A stretch of 64,000 bases of DNA from the NCBI GenBank assembly GCA_963769885.1, contig CAVYNH010000007.1, positions 288,001 through 352,000 on the forward strand. Direction: 5' to 3'. The DNA is from Methanobacteriota archaeon (GTDB taxonomy: Archaea > Thermoplasmatota > E2 > DHVEG-1). Shown in pieces: positions 18,680 to 29,573 of the stretch; positions within the stretch are counted from its first letter, which is position 1, and each line of letters opens with the position of its first letter. Below the pieces are notes generated by a model that saw nothing but the letters and a program-made list of their open reading frames with translations, searched no databases and was not told where the DNA came from. The position numbers and the translations under genes are program-made.

Positions 18680-21505
18680 ATGGATGAATCCATCTACGAG
18701 TACGCTCCCATCGAGCTGAAGTGGCAGCAGCGTTGGTACGCCGCTCATATCGAGCAGGCGTCGAAGGGGACAGGCCAGAAGTTCTTCATCCATTTCGCCT
18801 ACCCCGGGGTCTCCGGCTACCTCCATGTCGGCCACATGCGCGGGTTCAGCTACTGCGACATCATCGCACGCTACAAGCGGATGTCCGGCTACGACGTCCT
18901 GTTCCCCGCAGGCTTTCACGCCTCCGGCATCCCCTCCGTCGGATTCGCCAAAAAGGTCGAGCGGGGAGACGCCGACACCATCCGATTATTAAAAGCGAAC
19001 GGCGTGTCCGACATACTACTAAAGAAACTGACCGACCCCTTAGAAGTCGTCAAATATTTTAGGACCGTCTACGTGGATAACTATTGGAAACGGTTCGGGT
19101 TCCTCATTGACTACTCGCGGCTCATGACGACGATCTCGCCAGGCTACAAACGCTTCATCCAATGGCAGTTCCACCAACTCCACGCGAAGCATCTGTTGGT
19201 GCAGAAGCCGCACTATGCGCCGTACTGCCCGAACTGTGGACCCGTTGCGGTCGACCGCTCGGAGACCGACGTCTCCTCAGGCGGCGAAGCCGAGGTCCTG
19301 GAATTCACCGTCATCAAGTTCACACTCCCTGATGGGACGATCCTGCCTGCCGCGACGCTGCGGCCGGAGACAATCTTCGGCGTCACCAATATGTGGGTCA
19401 ACCCCACCGTCATCTACCACGTCGTCGACGTCGATAACGAACGCTGGATCTGCTCCAAAGAATGCATCGAGAAACTCTCCTGCCAGTTCGACGACGTTCA
19501 CCCAACGACCGAGACCATCCCAGGGAAATCCCTTATCGGGAAGACCTGCCGTGTCCCGGAAGTCAACCGCGAGGTCCCCATCCTCTCGGGCGTATTCGCC
19601 AACCCCGAGGTCGCCACCGGCATCGTCATGTCAGTGCCGGCGCACGCACCCTACGACTGGATCGCACTCGTCGAGACCCATGAACCAATCCCGGCAATCA
19701 AAATCATCGACGTCCCCGGATTCGGAGACAACCCAGCAAAAGAGGTCTGCGACTCCCTCCGCATCACCAACCAGACCCAGACGGACAAGCTGGACGAGGC
19801 GACCGAACTCGTCTACAAAAAGGAGTTCCACACCGGAGTCCTCAACGACCGCTGCGGCCCCTACGCTGGCATTAAAGTCTCCGAAATCAAGGACACCGTC
19901 AAAAACGACCTTATCTCGAAGAACGAAGCCGGCATCCTCCGCGAATTCTCCCAGCAGGTCATCTGCCGCTGCAAGGAACGCGTCGTCATCAAAAAGATCC
20001 CGGATCAATGGTTCATCAAATACAGCGACCCCGATCTGACCCGCGAATCCAAGGACTACGCGCAAACCATGGCCATTTACCCCATTGAGTACTGGGAAGA
20101 GATGCCGAAGATCCTGGACTGGTTCGGCGATCGCGCCGTCATCCGTAAAGGCTCCTGGCTCGGAACCGAGTTCCCCTACAAACAGGGATGGATCATCGAA
20201 CCCATCTCCGACTCAACCCTCTACCCCGCCTACTACATCCTCTCCAACTACGTGAACGCCGGACGGCTCACCCCCGACGAGATGACGGACGCCTTCTTCA
20301 ACTACATCTTCCTCGGCCACGGCACCGCCAAGACCAAACTCTGGCGAGAGATCAAGGACGACTTCGACTACTGGTACCCCGTCGACATCAACCTCGGCGG
20401 CAAGGAACACAAGACCGTCCACTTCCCAGTCTACGTGATGAACCACGTCGCCATCTTCCCGGAGCAAAAACGCCCCCGCGGCCTATTCGTCCACTGGTGG
20501 GTGACCCAGAAAGGCAAAGAGAAAATCAGCAAATCCAAGGGCGGCGCGGAGCCGATCCTGGAGGCGGCCTTCACCTACGGCGTGGACGCGATGCGACTGT
20601 ACTACGCCCACAGCGGCTCCCCGTTCGTGGACGTCGAATGGGACACGGAGACGGTCACGAAATACAAGACCCGTATCCAGATGCTCTGGCGGCTGTTCAC
20701 CGGGGCAGACCGGACGACAGACCAGCCGTCGGAGAACCTCGACCGATGGCTGCGCAGCAGCCTGATGCGCAGGACCATGAAGATCCGTGATGCCTACGAG
20801 GCGTTTGACCTTCGGGTGGCCTCCAATGAGATTTTCTATGAAATGCCGCGGGACCTACAGTGGTACGTGAAACGCGGCGGTCAAAATGGAAACCTGGTCG
20901 CGAAAGAGATTGAGACCTGGATTAGGCTTGCGGCTCCCATTACGCCGCATCTGGCGGAAGAACTCTGGGCGTTCCTCGGCCATGAGCCGTTCGTCTCCAC
21001 GCAGCCGTTCCCTGTTGAGGAACCCCAGCAGATCGCCGAGGCAGAGGAGGCCGGCGAATCCCTCCTGACCCACGTCATCGACGATATCAGCGAAATCCTC
21101 AAGGTCACCACCATCACCCCCAAGAAGATTTTCGTGTACACCGCTCCCGCCTGGAAACAACAGGTACTGCAGCTGGCATTATCATTGGAGGACCGTCAGC
21201 AGTTCTCCATGAACGCGCTGATGAAGGATGTCATGGCAGATGCTAGCCTGAAAACACGTGCGAAACAGGCCTCCCAGTATGCCGGGAAGCTCGCAGGAGA
21301 CATCAAGAAGATGACCGAGGCGGACCGCCGCCGATACCAGGTACACTTGGATGAGGCAGGATACCTTCAATCCGCGAAGGCGTTTCTGGAGGCGACGTTC
21401 TCCTGCCCAGTGGAAATTTGGCATGCCGACGACCAAGGGATCGTCGACCCGACGCAGAAGGCGAAGAACGCGCTGCCCCGACGCCCGGCGCTCTACATCG
21501 AATAA
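18680..21505 (+). CDS. leuS: Leucine--tRNA ligase (archaeal type)
   Basis: HVGH (HIGH-like), AATLRPET, MSVPAHAPYD, KISKS (KMSKS-like), PITPHLAEELW. Confidence 0.95.
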   Translation: MDESIYEYAPIELKWQQRWYAAHIEQASKGTGQKFFIHFAYPGVSGYLHVGHMRGFSYCDIIARYKRMSGYDVLFPAGFHASGIPSVGFAKKVERGDADTIRLLKANGVSDILLKKLTDPLEVVKYFRTVYVDNYWKRFGFLIDYSRLMTTISPGYKRFIQWQFHQLHAKHLLVQKPHYAPYCPNCGPVAVDRSETDVSSGGEAEVLEFTVIKFTLPDGTILPAATLRPETIFGVTNMWVNPTVIYHVVDVDNERWICSKECIEKLSCQFDDVHPTTETIPGKSLIGKTCRVPEVNREVPILSGVFANPEVATGIVMSVPAHAPYDWIALVETHEPIPAIKIIDVPGFGDNPAKEVCDSLRITNQTQTDKLDEATELVYKKEFHTGVLNDRCGPYAGIKVSEIKDTVKNDLISKNEAGILREFSQQVICRCKERVVIKKIPDQWFIKYSDPDLTRESKDYAQTMAIYPIEYWEEMPKILDWFGDRAVIRKGSWLGTEFPYKQGWIIEPISDSTLYPAYYILSNYVNAGRLTPDEMTDAFFNYIFLGHGTAKTKLWREIKDDFDYWYPVDINLGGKEHKTVHFPVYVMNHVAIFPEQKRPRGLFVHWWVTQKGKEKISKSKGGAEPILEAAFTYGVDAMRLYYAHSGSPFVDVEWDTETVTKYKTRIQMLWRLFTGADRTTDQPSENLDRWLRSSLMRRTMKIRDAYEAFDLRVASNEIFYEMPRDLQWYVKRGGQNGNLVAKEIETWIRLAAPITPHLAEELWAFLGHEPFVSTQPFPVEEPQQIAEAEEAGESLLTHVIDDISEILKVTTITPKKIFVYTAPAWKQQVLQLALSLEDRQQFSMNALMKDVMADASLKTRAKQASQYAGKLAGDIKKMTEADRRRYQVHLDEAGYLQSAKAFLEATFSCPVEIWHADDQGIVDPTQKAKNALPRRPALYIE

Positions 21506-21574
21506 AGAACCACCAGCCCAACAGCTTGTACGCATCTTTAATAGAAGTAAGAGAAACAGAAGGCGCGATGGTCT

Positions 21575-24500
21575 CTACCGTTTTCTCCACTTTGCTAAAA
21601 GGACGGCAGAGACGATGATGAGGATGACGACGAGCACCCCGAGGACCACGAGCCAGGAGGTCGGGAAGGCCTGGATGCCGGTGGAGATGACCGAGGACTC
21701 CGCGGTGTTTCCTGCGTGATCCATGGCGACGACCCGGAACTGGTAATACCCCTCGCCTTCCCCAGCGCCGAAGCTCCAGGTATAGGGCGGCGCGGTGAGG
21801 TTGTTCCCGAACTGGGTCCACTCCTCCGTCCAGTTCACCCCGTCCCGTGAATAGCGGTACAGCAGCTCCAAAGATTGGATCCCGCTGCCGCCGACGTCAC
21901 TAGCCCGAGCCGTGATGTTGAACGACTCATCCATCGAATGGAAGGTTTCCTCAGAGGGGACCTCGATGATCACCGTGGGTTTCTCCGTGTCTCGCCGCAG
22001 CTGCAGCGCCTGAGACGTGTCGGTGATGTTGCGCGTATTGCCGAGGGTGTCGTTGATGCGGAAGAAGAGGTAGTACGACTGGTTGCCCTGCAGCTGGTCC
22101 CAGATGCTTTCAGGCAGCTGCCATGTGGCGGTGTAGCTGGACTCGTTGATATGCCGTGCAACCACGGTCCAGTTTGACGGGATGCTCGCGCGATACTGGA
22201 TGGTGTCGAGTCGGAAGTCATCGGTGAACGTGACCGTGAACGTGGGGCGCGCATGATACCAGTAGACGGTGTCGAAGACAGGGATGTCGGGCGCCTCAGC
22301 GTCATAGGTGAAGTTCGCTTCCCCGGCCGTCTTCTCGTCCTCGACGTTGCCGGCCTTGTCCCTCGCCCGCGTCATGATCTCGTAATATCCCCCGGTGTTG
22401 AACGTGAGATTCCAGTACGGCTTACTGCCGTTCACCGTGGAGTATGGTAGCCAGGGGCCGGAGAAACCGCGAGGCGTCTCAGCCATGCGGTAGTACAACG
22501 TCACATTCGAGACGTCGCTAACGCTGCCGGTCTGGTTATCCTGCGTGGTGGCATTCACGCGGACGGGGCCAGTGTAGGTTTTTTTCAGGGTTTTTGTGTA
22601 GATCCTTGACCAGGGTTTGAGGACGTCCTGGTTAAACGAGATCGAAAGCGTCCCGATGTTGCCTGCGAGGTCCTGAATCTTGAACGTAATCGACTTCAGG
22701 CTGGTGATGTTTCTGAACTCAGATAAATTCAAGAGATTCGCGGTGAAGTCCTGGATTGCGGTCGTCCCGTTTTCCCCGGTGCACGTCGCGGCATGCGTCA
22801 GGTTCATATAAGACGAATTCTGGTAGTATTCGAGGAAGAACGATGCGGAGGAGACCAGCAGGCCGGTGCCGTTGTCTTTGACGCGGAGGCTGAACTCCGG
22901 GATGATGGTGTTGATCCAGCCGCCGGTCGGGATGACGGGCCGCAGTGTACTCTTATTCAGGTAGGGGCTTACCTTGTCGCTGTCAAAGGAGAGGTTCCAG
23001 CGGAACAGCGAGGGGTTAACAGAGATGTTGTTGGCCTGGAAGTCCGCCCGCAGCCGGACGGTCCGCGGTAGGGTGACGTTGCCGGAAAGGATCGTATTAT
23101 TCACGAGGCTCTTGAGGACCTGTTTGTTTTCGTCGAGCAAGGAGTAGGTGATGCTATTCTTTCCTTTCGTGGTGTTCTGAACGACCTGGAACTTCTTCCA
23201 CCAGTAGTTCGTAGGGAGCTTAATCGGCATGCTGATGAGAGTGCCGTTGAGCTTCTCGTCAGGGGCGATGAAGCTGCCGAAGGCGTAGAGCCAGCCGTTT
23301 TGCGTGCCGATATAGGCGAGTCCGTTGGAGATGACGGGGGAGGTGGTGACCGGGCTGTTGCTGTGGGTATGCTGGACCCAGAGCAAGGTGAGATTGCCGG
23401 TGCCGAAGGCAAAAACGGTGCCGTCAGGGTTTCCGATGACGACGATGTCTTCCGCGATGGCCGGCGAGGATTTCAAGATTGGGTCGCGCTGGAGGCGGTT
23501 GTAGTCATAGACTGTTTTGTCAAAAGCGACGGTACCGGAATTCGCCTTGACCGCGAGGAGATGCCCATCAGGAGTCGTCATATAGAGCATCCCGTTGAGG
23601 TAGGCGGGGGTGCAGTCCGCGAGGGTATCGTTTGCGTCCCAGCGGAGCGGCTCGGCGACCTTCTTGCCGAGGGTCGTGTTCCAGAGTTTTGACCCGTTTG
23701 AGAGATGGAGAGCGATGAGCTGGGTCTGGTCTGAGAAGAGAGCGGCGGTTCCTTTTTCGCTGACGATATAGACGACGCCGTCCGCGATGACGGGGGAGGC
23801 CCGGTCAATGGCGCCGACTTCCGCCTGCCAAAGGGGACTCCCGCTCGTCGCATTGAAGGCGAACAGGCTGGGGCCACTCTTGTTGTGACAGCCGACGACG
23901 ACCGTCCCATTGTCGTAGGCGGGCGTAGAAAAGCTCCAGGCGGGGAGCGTTACATGCCATTTGTAGCTCGGCGAGGGGTTGAGGTTCAAGGCGAGGAGTG
24001 TGGTGTTGGAATTGGGTTTATCGAGGTTCCCGCTCCAGGAGGTGATATACATGAGGTCGTCAACGATGATGGGGGAGGACCAGTAGCACCGCTCCGCGCC
24101 GTTATTGCCGTATTCTGGCGTGGGGCCGACGCCGTCTTTGGGGATGAAGTAGATAGCGTTCTGGGTGTTGTTTGCGCCAGTTCGACCGGTGGGGACGATA
24201 ACGTATTTGTCGGTGATCGCAGGAGCGACGACGCTGTCATAGTTATCGTATGTGAGTCGGGTCGTATGGTTTTTCCAGAATTCCGTGCCCAGATAAGCAG
24301 TGGGAGTGGTGAGGGGCCGGTATTTGTAGACAGACCCGTTGGTGAGGGTGAGGAAGAGGGAGTCGCCGTCAAGGATCGGCGTGGAGATCTTCGAGTTTTC
24401 TCGCAGTGAGCTGTACCAGTAGGTGGCATTGATTCGAGGACCGCGCCCGGTGGCGACGCGGGTGTTGGCGGGGTTCTGGCCGATCATCGGCCATTGGCCT

Positions 24501-25666
24501 TGGATGGGGGTGAGGTTGACTTTATTGTTGATGTTGACGTAGATTTTGGTATCGACGCGGAAGTCGGTGGTGAAGCGGTCCTGCCAGCGTCCTTTATCAG
24601 GCTGCCAGATGACGCTCCAGCTGTAGAGCTCAGGGGAAGCGGAGGTGGTAGACGTGGCGAGGGTTCCGTTGAGTCTAATGGTCTCCTGGGGGACGTCGTT
24701 AATATAGACGGGCGGAGTGGTGAATCCTTTGCTGTTGCCAGGGATGATTTGGTCGCTGATGGGGACCCATTTCTTGGTGGCATTTGGGGCGAGGACTTGG
24801 ACTTTCAGGGTAGCCTTGTCGGTCTGGAAGGCGTCCCAGGTGACGAACTCCCAGTAGGGGCCGTTAGTAGAGTCCCGGGTGATGTTTTTGGAGGTGACGT
24901 AGCCTGATCCGAGTTTGTATCCAGCTTCACCGGCGCAGGTAATCTGGATGTAGTCAGTGGAAAGAGTGCCAACCCGGGTGTGAAGGAAGACAGCGACATT
25001 GAAGTACTGGTCGGTGTCGACGGCGAGCTTGGAGTCGTTTTTCCCGATGGCACCGTTGAGAATCATGTCGTGGTTCCAGTTATCTGAACTGTTGAGTTGG
25101 ACCCATCGTCCGACGGGCAGGTATTTGTTGTTCTTCCAATACCGGAGGCTGATAGGGACGACGCTGGCGTTCTCTGCGCTGTTCGCCTTTCCTTTCCAGG
25201 TGACTGTGATGTTCCCGGTGTGGTCGCCGCTGACCGTGAGTTTGAAGCGGAAGACCTGGACGAGGTAGCCGTTGAAGAAACCGACGCGTTGGCTGTTGAA
25301 GTAGCGGTTGCTGCCTTCGCCTTGTCTGGAGAGGGCGATGTAGTCGTAACGGTCACCCGGGATTCCGGAGCGCTTGGCTGGGTTAAAGAAGAACGGGAAG
25401 ATGCTGCTGTAATAGGAGGCGGTATGGCCTGCTGATTCGCTGAAGTCGTGGGTCGAGCCGTTGGTTTTCGCGAGACGGATGTACCCGTTGCTATCCCAGA
25501 CGCAGTTGACTTGGGTACTGTTGGAGGGGGTATCGAAGGTGTCGGTCCAAATCCCGTCCGAGAACAAGGGCGTGGCGGTGACGACGGGAGTGGGGAGGAT
25601 GGTGAAAACGAGGAGGGCGACAAGGAGAAAACTAATGAATTGAGGGAAGCGATGTGCGATTCGCAT
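21575..25666 (-). CDS. Large membrane-anchored surface protein with PQQ-like beta-propeller and Ig-like domains
   Basis: Signal peptide; WPMIGQN; propeller blades; DKAGN/DLAGN Ig-like repeats; C-terminal TM plus KWRKR. Confidence 0.8.
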   Translation of the reverse strand: MRIAHRFPQFISFLLVALLVFTILPTPVVTATPLFSDGIWTDTFDTPSNSTQVNCVWDSNGYIRLAKTNGSTHDFSESAGHTASYYSSIFPFFFNPAKRSGIPGDRYDYIALSRQGEGSNRYFNSQRVGFFNGYLVQVFRFKLTVSGDHTGNITVTWKGKANSAENASVVPISLRYWKNNKYLPVGRWVQLNSSDNWNHDMILNGAIGKNDSKLAVDTDQYFNVAVFLHTRVGTLSTDYIQITCAGEAGYKLGSGYVTSKNITRDSTNGPYWEFVTWDAFQTDKATLKVQVLAPNATKKWVPISDQIIPGNSKGFTTPPVYINDVPQETIRLNGTLATSTTSASPELYSWSVIWQPDKGRWQDRFTTDFRVDTKIYVNINNKVNLTPIQGQWPMIGQNPANTRVATGRGPRINATYWYSSLRENSKISTPILDGDSLFLTLTNGSVYKYRPLTTPTAYLGTEFWKNHTTRLTYDNYDSVVAPAITDKYVIVPTGRTGANNTQNAIYFIPKDGVGPTPEYGNNGAERCYWSSPIIVDDLMYITSWSGNLDKPNSNTTLLALNLNPSPSYKWHVTLPAWSFSTPAYDNGTVVVGCHNKSGPSLFAFNATSGSPLWQAEVGAIDRASPVIADGVVYIVSEKGTAALFSDQTQLIALHLSNGSKLWNTTLGKKVAEPLRWDANDTLADCTPAYLNGMLYMTTPDGHLLAVKANSGTVAFDKTVYDYNRLQRDPILKSSPAIAEDIVVIGNPDGTVFAFGTGNLTLLWVQHTHSNSPVTTSPVISNGLAYIGTQNGWLYAFGSFIAPDEKLNGTLISMPIKLPTNYWWKKFQVVQNTTKGKNSITYSLLDENKQVLKSLVNNTILSGNVTLPRTVRLRADFQANNISVNPSLFRWNLSFDSDKVSPYLNKSTLRPVIPTGGWINTIIPEFSLRVKDNGTGLLVSSASFFLEYYQNSSYMNLTHAATCTGENGTTAIQDFTANLLNLSEFRNITSLKSITFKIQDLAGNIGTLSISFNQDVLKPWSRIYTKTLKKTYTGPVRVNATTQDNQTGSVSDVSNVTLYYRMAETPRGFSGPWLPYSTVNGSKPYWNLTFNTGGYYEIMTRARDKAGNVEDEKTAGEANFTYDAEAPDIPVFDTVYWYHARPTFTVTFTDDFRLDTIQYRASIPSNWTVVARHINESSYTATWQLPESIWDQLQGNQSYYLFFRINDTLGNTRNITDTSQALQLRRDTEKPTVIIEVPSEETFHSMDESFNITARASDVGGSGIQSLELLYRYSRDGVNWTEEWTQFGNNLTAPPYTWSFGAGEGEGYYQFRVVAMDHAGNTAESSVISTGIQAFPTSWLVVLGVLVVILIIVSAVLLAKWRKR

Positions 25667-25855
25667 GGGGCCTCGCGATATAAATTTTTTTTTGTTTATA
25701 TTTCCTCAACTCCTTATAAAGTTTCGGTTCGCATCTGAGAGTGTCATCCCGGTTCTTTTATTCGGTATGTTTATATATTAGTTGTGGAGCGGCGTTTTGA
25801 TAGATGATATCTAGAAAGTGCTTAATAAAGTTAAGGGACGCTCCCTCCAGGAACC

Positions 25856-27184
25856 TCATCGAAGGATGACCTGGATGTCCATTACGTTCGTCCCTGTGGG
25901 TCCGCTGATTAATGCGTCCCCCAGTTTGGAGAAAAAGGTGTAGGAGTCGTTGGCCGCGAGGGCGGCGTCTTGGTCTAGGTTCGCGGCTTTCGCGCGCTCC
26001 AAGGTGTAGCCGTCTGCGAGGGCGCCTGCTGCTGGTGAGTAGCCGTCGGCGCCGTCGGTCGCGAGCGAGCCGAGGACGAGGTCGGTGCCGGCGAGATCCT
26101 GGATAGCGCCTAGGACGAGCTCCTGGTTGCGCCCACCTTTGCCTTTGCCGGTGACCCGGACCGTCGTTTCGCCGCCGACGATGAACGCGATGTTGGATCC
26201 CTCGGCGTCCTTGGCGTTTTCAACGAGCATCTGCCCGACGTCGCGGGCCTCACCGATCATGGAATGGGTGAGGACGACGGCGGAGTACCTCCGCTCCATC
26301 GCGGCCAGCGCCGCCGCATGGCATGCATAGACGTTGTTGGCGATAATGAAGTTCTTGACTCGGTCGAACTGAGCGTCGCCTGGTTTCAGCGTCTCCGGGA
26401 TACCTCCTTTGACTCCTGCCGTGAGGCAGTCGCGGATGCTGGATGGAGCCGACTCCCAGAGCCTGAATTTTCCGAGGACATCAATCGCATCCTGGAACGT
26501 CGACGGGTCAGGCGCGGTGGGCCCCGAGGCGATGGACTCGATTGGGTCGTTGACGACATCGGAGAGAATCAAGGTGATGACCGTGGCCTGCGTCGTTCGG
26601 AGGAGTTGTCCGCCTTTCACAGTGCTGAGATGCTTGCGGACGATGTTCAATTCATCGATCGTGGCCCCGCTGTCAAGGAGCCGAGACGTCAACTGACGGA
26701 GGTCCTTGAGAGGGACCCGTGGTTTTTCGAAGAGCGCCGACCCTCCGCCGGAGATCAGGACAAGCACGCAGTCCTGTGAGCCGCAGCTTTGGAGAAGAGT
26801 GAGAGCCTTTTCGGTGCCGATAAGCCCTGTTTTTGTCGGCAGCGGATGACCGCCGACGTGGACCTCGATGCCTTTCGCGGGCGGCGGGCCTTTCGTCGCA
26901 CTGATTACCACCCCGCGGGAGATCGGGAGGAGCCCGCAGACGGCCTTTGCCATCCCCAGGCTTCCTTTGCCGAAGGCGACGAGATACCGATGCTGGAACG
27001 CGGAGAGGTCAACAACATAATCCCCGGCCATCAGTTTCCTATCTACAATAACGCTTCGGCAGATGGCTCCGGGCTCGACGGCGTCGACCGCTGCTTTGAA
27101 TATCGCGAGAAGATCGGCACGCCGCTGCCGAAGCAAGGGCGTCCGTCCGTTAGTGACGAGGGTTTCCTCATTGGCAAACTGCAT
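25856..27184 (-). CDS. Glycerate 2-kinase (MOFRL family)
   Basis: FGKG, LISGGGSAL, RKHLSTVKGG, IASGPT, GGETTV, GGRNQE, GPTGTNVMD. Confidence 0.9.
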   Translation of the reverse strand: MQFANEETLVTNGRTPLLRQRRADLLAIFKAAVDAVEPGAICRSVIVDRKLMAGDYVVDLSAFQHRYLVAFGKGSLGMAKAVCGLLPISRGVVISATKGPPPAKGIEVHVGGHPLPTKTGLIGTEKALTLLQSCGSQDCVLVLISGGGSALFEKPRVPLKDLRQLTSRLLDSGATIDELNIVRKHLSTVKGGQLLRTTQATVITLILSDVVNDPIESIASGPTAPDPSTFQDAIDVLGKFRLWESAPSSIRDCLTAGVKGGIPETLKPGDAQFDRVKNFIIANNVYACHAAALAAMERRYSAVVLTHSMIGEARDVGQMLVENAKDAEGSNIAFIVGGETTVRVTGKGKGGRNQELVLGAIQDLAGTDLVLGSLATDGADGYSPAAGALADGYTLERAKAANLDQDAALAANDSYTFFSKLGDALISGPTGTNVMDIQVILR

Positions 27185-27215
27185 CTGGATACCCCCTGAA
27201 CCGTTCGTACCCTAT

Positions 27216-28547
27216 CTATTTTCCTACGTCGAATTGCCGCATGAGGCTGCGGCGCATCTTCCGGTCGCTGGAGAACCCCTTCATCATCCGCTTCATCTGG
27301 TTGTAGTACCGCAGGACTTCCTTGACGTCCTTGTTCTCGACGCCGGCGCCTTTGGCGATGCGGCGGATGCGCGAGGCCTGGATGAGCTCCGGCTTCTCCC
27401 GCTCCTCGTTGGTCATGGAGCTCATGATGATTTTGAACCGTGCGAGTCGTTTTTGGGTCTCCTCCATGTCCGACTCCTGGACTTTGCCGGAGAGGCCGAA
27501 CGGCAACATCTCCGCGATCTTGGAGATCGGCCCCATGTTCGCGAGCATGTCCATCTGCGAGCACATGTCGTTGAGGTTGAACTTCCCGGACATCAGCTTC
27601 TTGGCGGCGGCCTCCGCGTCCTTGCCCTTCATGGACTCCTCGGCCCGCTCCAGCAGGGACTTCAGGTCTCCCATGCCAAGCAGCCGGGAGATGAACCCGG
27701 AGGGATCGAATTTCTCAAAGTCCGTGGAGTGCTCCCCGGTGCCGACGAAGACGATTGGCGCACCGACCTCGGAGGACGCACTCAACGCGCCCCCGCCCTT
27801 CGCCGTCCCGTCAAGCTTCGTCAGGACGATACCGGTGATCCCGATCGCGTCGTTGAACGCCTTGGCCTGCGGTCCGGCCTGCTGGCCCATCGCCGCGTCC
27901 ATGACCAGGAGTTTCTCATCAGGTTTGATTGCCTTGAAAATCGATTTCATCTCATCGATGAGGTCATTCTCAAGCTTGTGCCGCCCTGAGGTGTCGACGA
28001 TGATGACATCCGCGGTCCGCTTGAACTTGTCCATCCCATTCGCAATCACCTTGACCGCGTTCTTCGCACCCATCTCGCCATAAAAAGGAACTTCCACTTG
28101 GCTGGCGATCTGCTGCAGCTGCTCATACGCCGCTGGTCGGTGGATATCACCAGCGATCAGCGCCGGACGCAGTCCCTTTCGTTTGAAATAAATCGAGAGT
28201 TTCCCACAAGTCGTGGTCTTCCCTTGACCGTACAGCCCGACCATCATGATGATCTGCTTCTTCACCGGCAGCTCACGGGACGCGCCGAGGATGTTGACGA
28301 GCTCCTCGTACACGATATGGATAACGTGTTCACGGTTGCTCATCCCCGATGGCGGTTTCTCCTCCAGCGCCCGCTGCTCGATCTTCTTGGACAACGCCAG
28401 GACGAGCTTCACGTTCACGTCAGCCTGCAGTAAAGCCCGCTGGATATCCCGGACAACCTCCTTGACAAGCGCCGCATCAACGTTTGCCGCGTTCGCGATC
28501 TTCTTGATCGTCCGTTTCAGCGAATCACCGAGATTATCGAGCACCAT
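27216..28547 (-). CDS. srp54: Signal recognition particle protein SRP54
   Basis: ALLQADVN, GLYGQGKTT, DTSGR, TKLDGTAKGGGAL, Met-rich M domain. Confidence 0.96.
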   Translation of the reverse strand: MVLDNLGDSLKRTIKKIANAANVDAALVKEVVRDIQRALLQADVNVKLVLALSKKIEQRALEEKPPSGMSNREHVIHIVYEELVNILGASRELPVKKQIIMMVGLYGQGKTTTCGKLSIYFKRKGLRPALIAGDIHRPAAYEQLQQIASQVEVPFYGEMGAKNAVKVIANGMDKFKRTADVIIVDTSGRHKLENDLIDEMKSIFKAIKPDEKLLVMDAAMGQQAGPQAKAFNDAIGITGIVLTKLDGTAKGGGALSASSEVGAPIVFVGTGEHSTDFEKFDPSGFISRLLGMGDLKSLLERAEESMKGKDAEAAAKKLMSGKFNLNDMCSQMDMLANMGPISKIAEMLPFGLSGKVQESDMEETQKRLARFKIIMSSMTNEEREKPELIQASRIRRIAKGAGVENKDVKEVLRYYNQMKRMMKGFSSDRKMRRSLMRQFDVGK

Positions 28548-28718
28548 GGGTCCTCTGCCACCAATGAACACCCCCTATTAAAAACCTTATCCTAACACTC
28601 AACACCTAGGCACAGTCGTAAAATATACCACGAAACAACAGGCTTACGAACGAGCGATGGCGGCCGCAACTCGAAAACGAGACTGACCCCTTGCGGCTTC
28701 GCTGGACGGACAGCTACC

Positions 28719-29453
28719 TCACGAAGTAACCTTGAGATACGGCCGCAGTACCGACAGTACGTCACGGAGGTCCTTGCGCTCCACGACGTAGTCCGCAGCC
28801 GTCCGCACGCAAACGTCCTCGGGGTCAAACGCGACGCCTAGCCCAGCAATCTCGAACATCGGGATATCAAAACAGGAGTTGCCCACGGCCGCGCATGCGG
28901 AGAGCGAGATATGGGTTTTTTGCGCTAGCGACCGGACGTTCTCCTCTTTCCGCGTCAGCCGGACCACAACCGTGCTCTCACCCGTCAGCCGGCCGCGGCG
29001 GTCAGTCTGGACCCCGTTGGCCTGAACGTGGTCGATTCCAAGGTTCTCCGCTACCCGGTTCGCCAGGAAATCCAGGCCCGCGCTCACGATGGCAGTCTGG
29101 ATGCCAGCAGCCGTCAACGTCCGGATGCACTCCTCCGCCCCGGGCATGAACGGAATCTCAGCGAGGATACCCTCGACCGCCTCCTTCTTCACCAGGCGAC
29201 CGTGATCCTGCCAGAGCATGACGTCCCTGCGGATAAACTCCGCATCATCTATCTCTCCTCGGAGATAGGTCATGACGGACTCATCGTTCGTCGTGTCGAA
29301 ATGATTGTGAATATGACGCCAGGAGCTGGGCGTATCCAGGAGCACACCGTCCATATCGAATATCACGAGGCGGATCGCCTCCGGGCTGCGGGGCGGCTTC
29401 TGCACTGGCAGGCGCCCGCTCCGATAACAGGGATATGTGCACTGCTGTTTCAT
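28719..29453 (-). CDS. HAD-superfamily hydrolase (phosphoserine phosphatase-like)
   Basis: FDMDGVL motif I, IVSAG motif II, VGNS.FD; start uncertain. Confidence 0.8.
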   Translation of the reverse strand: MKQQCTYPCYRSGRLPVQKPPRSPEAIRLVIFDMDGVLLDTPSSWRHIHNHFDTTNDESVMTYLRGEIDDAEFIRRDVMLWQDHGRLVKKEAVEGILAEIPFMPGAEECIRTLTAAGIQTAIVSAGLDFLANRVAENLGIDHVQANGVQTDRRGRLTGESTVVVRLTRKEENVRSLAQKTHISLSACAAVGNSCFDIPMFEIAGLGVAFDPEDVCVRTAADYVVERKDLRDVLSVLRPYLKVTS

Positions 29454-29573
29454 GGACCTGAGGCTATTCTTCACCCCTATAAAAAGCATTCCTCCAACAG
29501 ATTTTCCTCCAAAGAGGCTCAATGTACAAATATTTATTAATCTGCACGGATATTGAAGACGGGGGAACACATC

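Noticed and set aside
28651-28703. Fluoride riboswitch or SRP RNA
   Set aside because: Pseudoknot does not pair, orientation is wrong for a leader, and it is too short and lacks the SRP helix-8 motif.
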